Source of the DNA: Octopus sinensis
Lineage: Eukaryota
DNA length: 64,000 nucleotides
NCBI RefSeq assembly: GCF_006345805.1
Contig: NC_043013.1
Coordinates: 53,692,001 to 53,756,000, forward strand
Direction of reading: 5' to 3'
The position numbers and the translations under genes were made by a program. The stretch's first letter is position 1. The number at the start of each line of letters is the position of its first letter. Below, piece after piece: positions 25,849-38,810 of the stretch. Under the pieces are notes generated by a model, which ran no database searches, was not told the DNA's origin, and saw nothing but the letters and a program-made list of their open reading frames with translations.

Positions 25849-26232
25849 AAATAGGCGCAGGAGTGGCTGTGTGGTAAGTAGCTTGCTAACCAACCACACG
25901 GTTGCGGGTTCAATCCCACTGCGTGGCATCTTGGGCAAGTGTCTTCTGCTATAGCCTCGGGCCGACCAATGCCTTGTGAGTGGATTTGGTAGGCGGAAAC
26001 TGAAAGAAGCCTGTCGTATATATGTATATATATGTATATGTGTGTGTGTTTGTGTGTCTGTGTTTGTCCCCCTAGCATTGCTTGACAACCGATGCTGGTG
26101 TGTTTAGGTCCCCGTCACCTAGCGGTTCGGCAAAAAGAGACCGATAGAATAAGTACTAAAAGGTGGTGCTCCAGCATGGCCGCAGTCAAAATGACTGAAA
26201 CAAGTAAAAGAGTAAAAGAGTAAAAGAGTAAT
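25849..26232 (+). mobile_element. SINE family B, near full length, abutting U6
   Basis: aaataggcgcaggagtggctgtgtggtaag...gggttcaatccc...ggcatcttgggcaagtgtc (CORE-like start)...internal TA/TG tract...gcatggccgcagtcaaaatgactgaaac, then a (gtaaaaga)n tail. Confidence 0.9.
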
Positions 26233-26260
26233 ATATATATATCTAAGATGTCTATGCATG

Positions 26261-26321
<61 letters not shown>

Positions 26322-27473
26322 CATGCATAGACATATCTGTATGCATGTATGTCTATATTTACGTATATATCAATGTGTTTATGGTCAACAAGCTCTTCAT
26401 CAATCAGAAGAATTCGCTTTAATATTAAACACGTCTGTAACCATTTAATATGTCTCGTCTCCTCTTTTAGTGTCAGTGACGCTTAGATATTCATAGAACG
26501 TCATTATCTATCCAAACATGTCTCTCTCGCTCTCGTCCTCTCTCTCTCTAGCACTGAGTGTATATATGTACGCGGTATGCGGATGTGTATATGTGAATAG
26601 GTGTATATACTGCTGTAATATTTATCCTGAGCAAGACAGAGACATATACAGAAGAATATATACAAAAATAAGTATGGGTATACATATATTTGTGTGTGTG
26701 TACATATATATATATATACGTACGCATACATACATACGTACATATATATATATATATACACGGGTGTGTATGATATGTGAATGTGTGTATGAATATATAT
26801 ACGTATATATACATACACACAAACATATACTTGTATGTATGATATACAGATGTGTGTATAATGTGTGGGGTGTGTATGTGCGTGTGTATGAGAGTGTGTG
26901 TGTGTATGTGTGTGTGTGTGTGCGTGTGTGTGTATGTTTGTGTGTGCGTGTGTGTGTGTTGGAAAGAAGTTGTTCTTTGAGATAAATCTTATTAAAAACC
27001 CGACTTTGATCCGTTTTCATATCTTTATATTATCCTTTCTCAAAATTCCTTATGAGATTTTCTCACTCTTTCGTTATCTAGCTCTCTCTCTCATTCACTC
27101 ACTCACTCTCTCGTACGTTAGATATGTCCGTGCGAGTATGTGTGCTTTGTGTATGTATCTATTTTACCCTCTGTAGCTAGCTCTCATTATTGGAAGTACA
27201 TATATTAATTTACCGAGTTTATTTCATCGACATGTTGCGGTCACATGACATGGAAAGTCTGGATAGTTTGGCGAAACGAAAGTAATTAAAAGTAGCCCAA
27301 TAAAGAAGAAGCCATGGCCGCTGTGGTAGAGAAGTTTGCTTCCATGTTACATGACAGCACGATCGATCTCACGGGACGGTTCTTTCGTTATGCGTCTTCC
27401 TCAATCGTTACGGTTTCACTGAGGAGTGGAAAAATGAAACTGAAACGAAGTATTTGTATGTGGTCTGTCTATA

Positions 27474-27800
27474 GGAACCACATGGTTCCGGGTTAAAGTC
27501 CCACTGTCTGATACCTTGGGCAAGTGTCTTCTACTATAGCCTCAGATCAGCCAAAGCGTTGAGAGTAGATTTGGTTGACGGAAACTGAAAGAAGCCTGTC
27601 GTATATATATATATTATATATATATATGTGTGTGTGTGTTTCATTCCGCAATCGCTTGACAACCAAAAAGATGCTGGTCTGTTTATGTCCCTGCAACTTA
27701 GCCGTTTGGCAAAACAGACCGATAGAATAAGTACTGGCGTACAAAGAATAAGTCCAGTGGCCGATTTATTCGGCTAAAACTCCAGTAGGGCAGCAGAAGA
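27474..27800 (+). mobile_element. SINE family B
   Basis: aaccacatggttccgggtt...ccttgggcaagtgtcttctactatagcctc...gacggaaactgaaagaagcctgtcg...accgatagaataagtact. Confidence 0.85.
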
Positions 27801-27956
27801 GTAACAGAATATATATGCATATATGTATGTATGTATATATAATGTGTGTATACAAATACACAGTCACAATCACACACACACACAAACACACACACACACA
27901 CACACACGTACACATATATATATATATATATATATATAGATAGCTAGCTAGCTAGC

Positions 27957-28034
<78 letters not shown>

Positions 28035-28607
28035 TAGATAGATAGATAGAAAGGTAGATAGATAGATAGATAGGTAGATAGAAAGATAGATAGATATACA
28101 TGGCAGAGAAAAGCAGAACGGTTAGAATGTTAGAAAAGTGCCTTGCATTATCAGTTCCCTCTCTGTATGTCCTGAATTCAAGTCTCGTTTCTTCAGTTTT
28201 TATCTTTCATCTGTCGTTTTTTGACAGATGGAGTCCCACTTCATCTTAGTGGATAAGTAGAAAGCTGAAGCATCAAATAAAGTGATGTCTTTGCTAAATC
28301 TGTCTCGGTTGTGTGTGTCGTAAGATCAAACCCCGACTTATTTCATCCTACAATCTCGAGAAGTCCTTATAATTATGTTCAAGTATTTCAGCTGATCTTT
28401 CTTAACATAGAAGTGATATTGCAAGGAAATCTTTGAGAGCAGTGTGCTCAAGGACTCACACACATAAACACACACATACACACACACGCTAACACACACA
28501 CACACGCTAACACACACACACACGCTAACACACACACACACACACACAAATATAGTAGGAAAGAGAGAGAGAGAGAGAGAAGTGGGGGGTAGAGATGCAG
28601 ATATTCT

Positions 28608-28816
28608 TTTAGTCGATTCAGCCCTTTGACTGCGGCCATGCTTGAACACCGTCTTGAAAGGTATTAGTCAAAGAAATCGACCCTAGGGTTTATTCATTGT
28701 AAGCCTAGTACTTATTCCATAGATCGCTTTCGCCGAGCCGCTAAGTTACGGGGACGTAAACATACCAACATCGGTTGTCAAGCAATGGTAGAGGGACAAA
28801 CAAAGATACAAAGACA

Positions 28817-28856
<40 letters not shown>

Positions 28857-29010
28857 CATGATGGGCTTCTTTCAGTTTCTGTCTACCAAATCCACTCACA
28901 AGGCTTTGGTCGGCCTGAGGCTACAACAGAAGACGCTTGCGCAGTGTCTCGAAGTGGAACTGAACTCAGAACCATGTGGTTGGGAATCAAGCTTTTTACA
29001 CCACACAACT
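28608..29010 (-). mobile_element. SINE family B
   Basis: tttgactgcggccatgct...gtaagcctagtacttattc...gggcttctttcagtttc...aaatccactcacaaggctttggtcggcc. Confidence 0.85.
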
Positions 29011-29360
29011 ACGTGGGTAAAATAAGCGTATATGTGTTGTTTGTGTACGTATGTATATTTCCTCTTAATGTTTTTTACACACACACACACACACACATAT
29101 ATTTCATCTAAGATATTACATTACAATCGTTTCGACTCCCGCTTGTCAATGTGTGCGGTTATGAAGCCTTATAGTTTAGCCTAGTTCACGTACATCTATT
29201 TAGAAGGTTACCACCGAGTCTAAAGCTAGTTATATTATGTAATACTTAACAAAAAAGCAGAACTAGCTCCAAAGTTTGTATTGAGTACTAAATATGAGAC
29301 TGATGAACTTCAGTTGAAGTATTGTCAACGATATAGACAGAGAGACAGCTAGCTAGCTAC

Positions 29361-29433
<73 letters not shown>

Positions 29434-29448
29434 CAGATAGATAGATAG

Positions 29449-29488
<40 letters not shown>

Positions 29489-29818
29489 AGATAGATAGAT
29501 AGATAGATGCATGTATAGTCATTCGCACCGCGTTTCCCACAGCTCCAAATCTTGTTATAACATGCAAATCGTTCTTCTTTTTAAGCTTATTTCATTTCAA
29601 CTCCGAATTCCATTTCCATTCTAGAATATTCAAGACTACATTTACGTCCAATCTCTCCATTCTCCCTTACATTCTTAACTTTGACGTCATATATCCAGTT
29701 TAAATTGCAATGCCCTCTCTCCCTCTCTCTCTTTCTCTCGCTATGTACCTATCTACCTATCTAACTATCTATCTATCACACTCCTCTCTCTCTCTCGCAC
29801 TCTCTCTCTCGCACTCTA

Positions 29819-29856
<38 letters not shown>

Positions 29857-30394
29857 GTTCATCTGCTCTTCATTCTGCAAAGCTTTCACTTAAAACTTGT
29901 TGGATATATCAAAACTGTAACTTTCAATAATATATTCTTTCCGGTGGGAGAATGTAAAATGACGCCATCTTGGCGTGCTGACCTACAAACCATTCTTCGC
30001 TTGCTCATTCTTCCTTTTCTTCTTTGTTTTCTACATTTATTATTTTTCTATTTATTAGCTATTTTACCCATTCCTTTTTTTCTTTTTTTTTTTTTGTTCA
30101 TTTCATATTCTCTCCTTTTACATCCACCCAAGTGGAAGCGCCAAACAGAATATTTTCTATGTTCGCGTCTCGATTCAATGTTTTAATTCTATGAGGCATG
30201 AATATATATCATTGCAATCTATTGCAAATGGTTCGTTTACCAGCAGCGGAAAACACTTTCCATCTCCACCAAAATTCTTTATTTATCTACTTATTTCCCA
30301 TATATGTGCGTGTGTATGTGTGTGTGTATGTATGCCTGTTTGTGTATATATATATGTGTGTATACGTATATGTATATATATATGTATATATGTA

Positions 30395-30447
<53 letters not shown>

Positions 30448-30457
30448 ATATGTATAT

Positions 30458-30535
<78 letters not shown>

Positions 30536-30880
30536 CATATATACTTATATACACACATGTCTGTATATCTATACGTATAAATACATACATGTATACATGC
30601 ATATATATATATATATATATATGTATATAAGTATATATATAGGTGTATGAATGTGTGTGTACACATATGTATTTGTAAATGTATGTATGTATATATGCAT
30701 GTATGTATGTTTATTTACACTTCGTCCATTTTTTATTCTTAATTCAATCGTTTTCTTTGTTTGGAATATGTTTCAATAATACAATTAGTGTACTTTTTAA
30801 TGCTATTTACTGAAGTACTTATTATTATTATTATTGTTGTTATTGTTGTTATTATCATCATTATAATAATAATAATAATA

Positions 30881-30924
<44 letters not shown>

Positions 30925-31515
30925 CATTATTATTATCATCATTATTATTATTATCATCATCATTATTATTAGTATTATTCCTTCCTTATCGCTAAAGTTA
31001 TAAGCGGTTCGTGCTTGGAAGGCCTAAGTGACCACATTGCGTTGGATTAACATCAGTTTAAAAACAAAACAAATTCGTTTAGCTCCGAATTTTTTTCTTT
31101 ATTTATATTTACTTTCTTTTATTTTCATATTTCCTTGTATCTTTCCTGTATTTTTTTTCGTTTGTTTTAAGATAATGGAATTTATTATTTTTATCATTAT
31201 TGTTGTTCTTCATAATTTATTGCTCCCTCGTAAAACTCTCTATATTAGCATTATTTTTTTTTTTTTTTTTTTTTACTGGCAGTCAATACCGTAGGGAACG
31301 AGAGATCTATACTTCCGAAAAACCAGTCAAACTGCGATCACGACCCGGTTTCCATTCCCGGCATGAAACCATTAAACATATCTCGCTCGGTATTAATTAC
31401 ATTAGGGACACTTATAGACACTCTAGTTACCATTTTACCAATGATAAGTGCCTGATTAAAGAGCTGACATGTTGAACGTAAAATGTATTAAACTAGTTTC
31501 TTAGTTCTTACTCAC

Positions 31516-31687
31516 CCATGTGTAATATTTCTGTAGCATCTCCTGTTGTACATCATCCATCATGTAAACGTTATCCATGACAGCAACGACTAGTCTCCTC
31601 TCTAAATATGCATGGTGTATAAAACAGCCCTTGTATGCTTCAGGAAAACTGACACCATCCCAGCTCTCACAGTCTCGGACATGAATC
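31516..31687 (-). CDS. Internal coding exon of an unidentified gene: IHVRDCESWDGVSFPEAYKGCFIHHAYLERRLVVAVMDNVYMMDDVQQEMLQKYYTW
   Basis: 172 nt of non-repetitive sequence, open for 57 codons (phase 2 in, phase 0 out), bounded by gtgttttgtag and TGG|GTGAGT; globular-protein-like composition. Confidence 0.7.
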
Positions 31688-31759
31688 CTACAAAACACGA
31701 ATTATCAAATTTGTAGCGGTACCACTAAATTTCTATCCTGAATTACTCATGATTTGTGC

Positions 31760-31808
<49 letters not shown>

Positions 31809-31989
31809 TGTGTGTGTGTGTGTGTTACGAACTCCCAGCCATCTTGATTCTTACCATAAACTTGAGTATTTCCGTGTAAACTCTACAATCACTCATTGTT
31901 GGATCGTTATCCGTAATTGCGCTTTAAAGTAATATGACATTGACATTTATATACGTGTGTGTGTGTGCGTGTGTGTGTGTGTGTGTGTA

Positions 31990-32190
31990 TTTCTTTTACT
32001 TGTTTCAGTCATCTGACTGCGGCCATGCTGGGGTGCAACTTTGAAGAATTTTGGTAGAACGAAACGACCCTACTGCTTATTTCTCTTTTCAACCTGGGAC
32101 TTATTTTATCGATAACTTTGCAGAACAACTAGATTGCGGAGACGCAAATACTCCAACAGCACTTGTGCAGTAGTTGCGGGGGACAGAAGC
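31990..32190 (-). mobile_element. SINE family B, 3' half
   Basis: tttacttgtttcagtcatctgactgcggccatgctgg...gaaacgaccctactgcttatt. Confidence 0.75.
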
Positions 32191-32299
32191 AGTGAGAAAC
32201 ATACGCTCGCGCGCGCAAAGGCACGCACACACACTCATATACACACACACACTCATTTATGTATGTATGTATGTATATATAACATATATATATTACACA

Positions 32300-32810
32300 T
32301 TGCAACCTGTTGCATGGTCGGATCGTCGGCGACTAAACCGGCAACCCCACCAAGCTCGCTTGGTGAGGAGGGTGTTTATTGGACACCCTGCGGGAAGAAA
32401 AACAAAACCCGTCAAAGGGTGGAGGAACTCTTGAGAGTCAACGGCCATCCAATAAATGTCTTAAGGATGTATCATGCGCGGGAACATAGAAATAATCGGA
32501 CTGAATACCCGATCGCGTAGTTAAACCATTGGGAGTGAAGGACTTCTAGCCTTTGTTAGGGCATCCTTCTAGGAGAAGGTAACTCAGGTAACTGGGATAA
32601 CTCCGATATAAAATCTGCAGCTCAGTGGTTACCGATGATGTTGACTTGTTCTTCTTTTCGGATTATGACTGCTGTTGCTTAATGAGTGGGATTGACTCAG
32701 TGCACAGCCTTTCCTCACTTAAAAAAATCTTCTTGCACAGGCATTGCACGATAACAACATTGATTAAGCTTCGTGCAATGGCCATACTCGATAACGAAGG
32801 GGCAGCCACC
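32300..32810 (+). mobile_element. GC-richer non-coding repeat fragment resembling an RTE-clade LINE 5' UTR
   Basis: Several short hairpins (32348-32365, 32370-32388, 32565-32579) and a ctaggagaaggtaactc motif recalled from RTE 5' UTRs; sits between microsatellites. Confidence 0.4.
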
Positions 32811-34828
32811 ATGTATATATATATATATATATATATATATGCGTGTGTGTGTGTATACATATGTATACAATACATGGGTTTAGATTCATTAGTTTGATGT
32901 TTCTGAATATTACAGTGGTAGGGAAATCTTGTAGTGAGTGCTGTTATTTCCAAATGATTATTCAGATTCTAAAGCTCTTTTTCGATCTGAGGGGTCAGCC
33001 AGAACAACGCATGATGGAATCTTCTCAGTATTCTATCGGCTGGTTAGTGGATGGTGTAGTGACGGTATCAGAGCGGCATAGCAAATTCTCCGATTGCGAG
33101 GCTCCCTCCGAAGTCGTTTCGAGAGGTTAATGTCTGAGAATCGTTGCCTGTTTATATTACAGATATGAAATACCAAAAGCAGTATCAACATCGAATGTTG
33201 TTAGCTACACGGCAAAATTAAACATTGTCTAAAAGGTAATATTTGAAAATTATTTACGAGAACTGATTACAAGGGATCTTCTATGAGAACTAAGCAAGAA
33301 TGTGCTGCCAAGTAAAAATGTCAAATAGTATCTATAGAGAGCACATTTCTCCAAATCTTCCCTTTTAATATTTCTATAATTGAATATAGTAGAGGTTGAC
33401 CATTTAAATAAATTTGTCAGAGGGTAAATAATCCTGCGATAAAACGCCATGTGTAGGGTGTGACAGGGAAACGTTATATATTTTTACGGCCATTGCTTTG
33501 GCCGTTGTAAAGTTAAGCAGATAGAAATGGTTTCTTCATATAAATTATATTTTATCGTTTCATCTTCACTTACTATCATCTGTGCGCTGGTGTCTACGGT
33601 CTTTGTTCTTAAAATGTTCGTATATAACTTTTGTATATCATTTTCATAACATTAAATATAATTTATATAACGCTTGTATGTCATTTTGTGCAGGCGTACA
33701 CCGTTTGTTTGCTGTTAAAACGCTTGTCGGCCTGAGTATGTTGCACGTTTTGTGTTGCACCCTGTAAAACGTCTCCCCTAGCATTAATATATTTGCCATA
33801 TCTCGCTCAGAATGAAATGTAAATGCTGCCAGATTCTCAGCAAGAACACTCTCTAAATTATCGAATACTCTTCACTAAATATTTGTACAACCAAATTCTA
33901 CAATAGTTTTCATGTGTAAATTTGCACCCAGTTTGATAATTTCAAGATATTTAGTAAATATTAACCATGAAAATTTGCCAATCTTTTAAAGATCTCCAAT
34001 TCATTCCTTTCAGAAGAAGGAGAAACATTTAATATATTCTGGACTAAACTCTCATTTGGAGAAACACCTTGTTTTCAAACGGAATGTATCATAAACGATA
34101 TCTTTTTACTATTAACACTCAATTTCTCTCAATTAATGTTCACACCTATATCCTTCAGGTGATCCATATAATTCTAATGATTGCCTTCAATTATACACAC
34201 ACACTACTGATATATATATATGTACACTAGTACACCAGTACCGTCAGAAATGATGACATTTTACAACAAATGAGCTGAAAGCGGCATTAAATAGATGGGC
34301 AAACGAAACATATATTTACATGTATTTTGTAAAGAATTTTAGAGCTAGATTATTTACTTTGTATTGGAAAAAAAAACACTAAGTCCAATGGACATTAGAT
34401 GTAGAAGGAAAAAACCTTATTATTGAGGATTTTTCCAAATATTTTAATATTAAATCTCTGCTGTGCCAGTGCTATGAAAAATGGCAGTGATTCACACATG
34501 TAATAAAAGTCATTCATATTCAAGGCTTATGTCACCAAGTACGGATGATGTGGATGGTGTTCACTGCCAACTATCTAGATATTGTGTTTCATATGGAAGT
34601 GAAAGTGCTGACACAGTCCTTCGAAAATTATTATTGTTCTAAAGATTTTAATTCGTGGTTTCCTTTTGTTTTACCACTGGAACTACGTGACGAAAAATCA
34701 TTATGTACACTATAAATATAAATGAATAATTTAAAGAGAGAAGTAAGAAACATATATGAAAACACAAAAAAAACTTTATTGCAGAATATGCATCCTTATA
34801 TAAATATATTGGTATTTAGATAGATAGC

Positions 34829-34859
<31 letters not shown>

Positions 34860-34872
34860 GACGATAGATAGC

Positions 34873-34975
<103 letters not shown>

Positions 34976-35517
34976 CTAGATAGATAGACAGGGAGGTATG
35001 TGGGTAAATAGATAATTTTATTTTGTAAATCATCCTGAAGGTCTTTTCAATTGCATGTTGGTAAATGACACACTCTGTTTTATGCTCTAAGATATTCGTG
35101 TCCTTCTCACATAAGTGGGGAAAAATCGATAGTTATGTCAAGGTTATTGATATGTTTGGAATCAGCAAGTATTTTGATTTTATTCTACACATATCAGAGA
35201 TCGAATTTTTCCAAAAAACAAAACAAAAAGGCTGAAGCATAATTCTTGTTAAGTAGTGGAAGGTAGATTCAGGATTAGAGTCGGATAAGAGATCCGTACA
35301 TACCTACCTTATACTCATTAGAGCCTAGAAGGTGGGTAAATCTCCATTTAGCGTCATGCATATGGAAGATGTTAGACATATCTGCTACCGTTGCAAGTAG
35401 CTGCTTTCATAAAGATCTGTTCAACCAGATTCTTAACGAGAAGGGGACACTAACCGACATATGAAAGATTTGTATTTTCCTTCAATTTATTCCTGGCATT
35501 TAATATTTAAACATGGC

Positions 35518-35960
35518 AAAGCAGCGAGTTGGCTGAATCGTTAGCATTCGTGGCAAAATGCTTAGTGGTATTTCTTCCATCGTTACGTTCTGAGTTCAAA
35601 TTCCAGCGAGGTGAACTTTACCCTTCATCCTTTCGAGATCGAGAAATATAAGTACCAGCTGAACTCGGGGTTCGATTTAATCGATTTATCCCTGCTTGGA
35701 ACTTACAGGTCTTGTGCTAAAATTTCAAATCAATATTTAAATATTTAAAGTGGAGGATTATCAGAATCCGTGACACATTCGTCAGGTAACGTGTTTTATA
35801 GTATTTAGTCTCCTGTCTTTACGTCCTGAGTTCAAATCCAACCAAAGAGAAATTCATTTTTTTCATTCTTCTGAGATTGATAAAATCAAGTACGAATTAA
35901 GTACTGGGTTTGATTTCCGCGACTGTTGCATCTCTTTCCGTTTAATGTGATCTTGCGCCT
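35518..35960 (+). mobile_element. Two tandem SINE family A copies (the second highly diverged)
   Basis: ggcaaagcagcgagttggctgaatcgttagc...gagttcaaattccagcgagg, then ggaggattatcagaatccg...gagttcaaatccaacc. Confidence 0.75.
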
Positions 35961-36317
35961 AGTCTGAGATGTCATAATTTAGAACCCATGAGAATTGTAA
36001 TTATAATATTAATTACACATCGACGGTTTGTTGGTCGGTTAAATAACCAGATTAATCGAAAAGCAATGAAGTGGAAAAGTAGAAACGGGAAAACATGTAT
36101 TGACAACGGCCATGTTTTAATACATGATTACAACCTTTCAGTTACCCGGATGCATTGGAGTGTGATAATGCAGCAATAGCAACTGGAAGAACGTCATGTA
36201 TTGCACAAAAGAACAGCGAGTTTATATTCTTTGCAGTTGAACCAAAACAGATGAAGGCAGCGGCAGTTCACAAACTGTATAATGAGTGTTAGGATAACTG
36301 TGTATATGTGTATCTCT

Positions 36318-36640
36318 CATTTACTCTTTCACTTTTTTGTTTCTTTCAGTCATTTGACTGCGGCCATGCTGGAGCACCGCCTTTAATCGAACAAATAGAT
36401 CCCAGGACTTATTCTTAGTAAGCCTAGTAATTTTTTGCCGAACCACTAAGTTACGGGGACGTAAACACACCAGCATCGGTTGTCCAGCGATGGGGGTCAC
36501 ACAAATATATATACACACACATACACACACACATATACACACATACACCCATATATACGACGGACTTCTACCAAATCCACGCACAAGGTTTTGGTAGGCC
36601 CGAGCCTATAGCAGAAGACACTTGCCTAAGGTGCCACTAA
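36318..36640 (-). mobile_element. SINE family B
   Basis: cagtcatttgactgcggccatgctggagcaccgcc...gccgaaccactaagttacggggacgtaaacacaccagcatcgg...gaagacacttgcctaaggtgccac. Confidence 0.85.
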
Positions 36641-37294
36641 GTGTGTGTGTGTGTGCGTTCGTGCATGCGTGTGCCTGTGTATGTGTTTGTGTGTATGTGT
36701 GTGTGTGTGTATTATATGTGTATATCTAAATTATACGTTTGGGAGTAGCTGTATAATATAGAAGTAATTATTAAAGGTTTTTCAACTGTTATTTCTTTTA
36801 ACAAACACATTCAAAAATGCACGCAAAAAACAGACACACGCGCAGATTAGAAACATATCTAAATTTAGTTTACATGTATTTAGATACACACACGCACATA
36901 CAGATATGAGCATAATGTCTATACACAAACACACAAACATATATATAATGTACGTACATATATGTTTAAATATATACGGACACAAATAAATATGTAAGTA
37001 TATGTGTTTATATATATATGTATATGTGTGTGTGTATGTGTGTATGTATGTATGTATGTATGTATGTATGTATGTATGTATGTATGTGTGTATAGGAGAG
37101 ATAGAGAGAGAAGGAAAAATGCTTATATAAAACGTTGACTGCACTCAGAAGGACGCTTTTGACTTGATTGTGCGCGACGCTCGTCAACAGATCAGCCAAA
37201 GGCAAAGCGTTCAGTAATCTATCGGTTTCCATATAATAAACATATCGACCCATTCTAACAAAATAATGAGTTCTACACCAGATAATACTTGCAC

Positions 37295-37450
37295 TTAGCT
37301 GTGTAGTTAGACGTTTCCTTCCTAACTATATGGTTCCTGGTTCAGTCCCACTCGATGGCACCTTGGGCAAATGTAATCTACTAGAGACACGGGCAGACTA
37401 AAAGCCTTGTGAAGGGACTTGGTTGACAGAAACTGAAAGCAGCCCGCCGC
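37295..37450 (+). mobile_element. SINE family B, 5' half
   Basis: gctgtgtagttagacgtttcc...ggttcagtcccactcgatggcaccttgggcaa...gacagaaactgaaagc. Confidence 0.75.
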
Positions 37451-37525
37451 ATATATCTATATATATATTGTTCTAGTTTCAGCTCAGAGCTGCGGCCATG
37501 CTGATGCACCGCCGTTATATATATA

Positions 37526-37596
<71 letters not shown>

Positions 37597-37607
37597 ATTG
37601 TATATGA

Positions 37608-37683
37608 GAGTTTATACACGGAGAGGAGACCATCATATAGACTCCTTACATGCTAGAGAGGTCTCCTTTCCGTGTATAAGTTC
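37608..37683. other. Isolated 24-bp-stem hairpin
   Basis: gagtttatacacggagaggagacc / 28-nt loop / ggtctcctttccgtgtataagttc; all three non-Watson-Crick positions are G-U on the + strand. Confidence 0.85.
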
Positions 37684-37717
37684 TTATTCACTATTATATT
37701 ATAAAAATATTTATAAG

Positions 37718-37922
37718 GGGGCGAGCTGGTAGAAACGTTAACACACTGGGTGAAATGCTTAGCAGTATTTCGTCTGTCTTTACATTCTGATTTCAAATTC
37801 CGCTCATGTCGACTTTGCCTTTTGGGGTCGATAAATTAAGTACCAGTTGCGTACTGAGGTCGATCTAATCGACTAGCCCCCTACCTCAAATTTTCGGTCA
37901 TTTTGTCTAGAGTAGAAAAGAT
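37718..37922 (+). mobile_element. SINE family A
   Basis: ggggcgagctggtagaaacgttaac...gtcgactttgccttttggggtcgataaattaagtaccagttgcgtactgaggtcg. Confidence 0.8.
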
Positions 37923-38004
37923 TATAAAAATAGTTATGCCTCCTGACTTTTATCACACATGTTAACCACTGATATAAATAATTTATTTAATAATTTTTAC
38001 CCTG

Positions 38005-38036
<32 letters not shown>

Positions 38037-38064
38037 CGTGTGTGTGTATAAATATGTATGTGTA

Positions 38065-38280
38065 TCTATCTTTATGTTTGTGTTTTCCTCCACCGTCGCT
38101 TGACAACCGGTGTTTGTATATTTACGTTCCCTTGAATTAGCGGTTTGGCGAAAAGATTCGGTAGATGATGTACCGAAAAAAAAACCTAAGTAGGGAGTCG
38201 ATTCATTTGGTTAAAATTCTTCAAGGTAATGCCCCAGCGTGGCCACAGTACAATGGCTGAAACGAATACAAAGATACCTT
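38065..38280 (+). mobile_element. SINE family B, 3' half, diverged
   Basis: tcgcttgacaaccggtgtttg...tagcggtttggcgaaaaga...gccccagcgtggccacagtacaatggctgaaac. Confidence 0.7.
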
Positions 38281-38619
38281 GTAACCTTTGTATCCCGATA
38301 TATAAACATGCTATTATTTATGTTCTTTGAAAGGCAATTCCAAAAACGAATTATTTCATATTGTCTTGAGCGTTTATAGTTTCGCGCCTTCAACAATGTG
38401 TGTGGTGGGGTAAGGTTATATCATTGGTAATCGAAGGGGAATGACTTATACAAGGAAAAAAATTACCAATACTGATGAATATACTGAAGCTGATAAATAT
38501 AAGTATCGATCAAATATAAAAATATCCGATTTTATATTATTGTTTGAAGCAAGAAAATAAGCGACAAAACAAAAAACATAGTCTGTGGTGAAGGCAATCT
38601 GTTAATCAAAATTTTGCAG

Positions 38620-38810
38620 AACGATACTGCATCGATAGAGAATCGACGAGGATCCTGCAAAATCCAAGACAACCAATAAACTTTGAAACTTACAAATTAT
38701 TATTGGAATCAGATGATGTGATACAAGACCCTCTGTTTCAAAGTTTGGCATCACTTGGAGAATTTCCATATGTAAATGAGGTTTCCTTTTATAGGATAAT
38801 TAATGCGAAG
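38620..38810 (+). CDS. Candidate internal exon: RYCIDRESTRILQNPRQPINFETYKLLLESDDVIQDPLFQSLASLGEFPYVNEVSFYRIINAK
   Basis: 191 nt open for 63 codons (phase 1 in, phase 0 out) between attttgcag and a consensus AAG|GTGAGT; non-repetitive. Product not recognised. Confidence 0.5.

Noticed and set aside
29963-29972. YY1/Kozak-like CAAGATGGCG on the minus strand
   Set aside because: Single motif; the ATG reads only 14 codons with no donor, and there is no CpG-rich promoter context.
31590-31640. YKGCF (WSC-like) and FIHHAYLER (tyrosinase CuB-like) motifs in the exon
   Set aside because: The other WSC cysteines and the DPxF...HH spacing are missing.
32966-33735. Plus-strand exon candidates 32966-33125 and 33694-33735, phase-compatible with 38620
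   Set aside because: Weak GTTAAT donor, very short second exon and no recognisable homology; within chance expectation.
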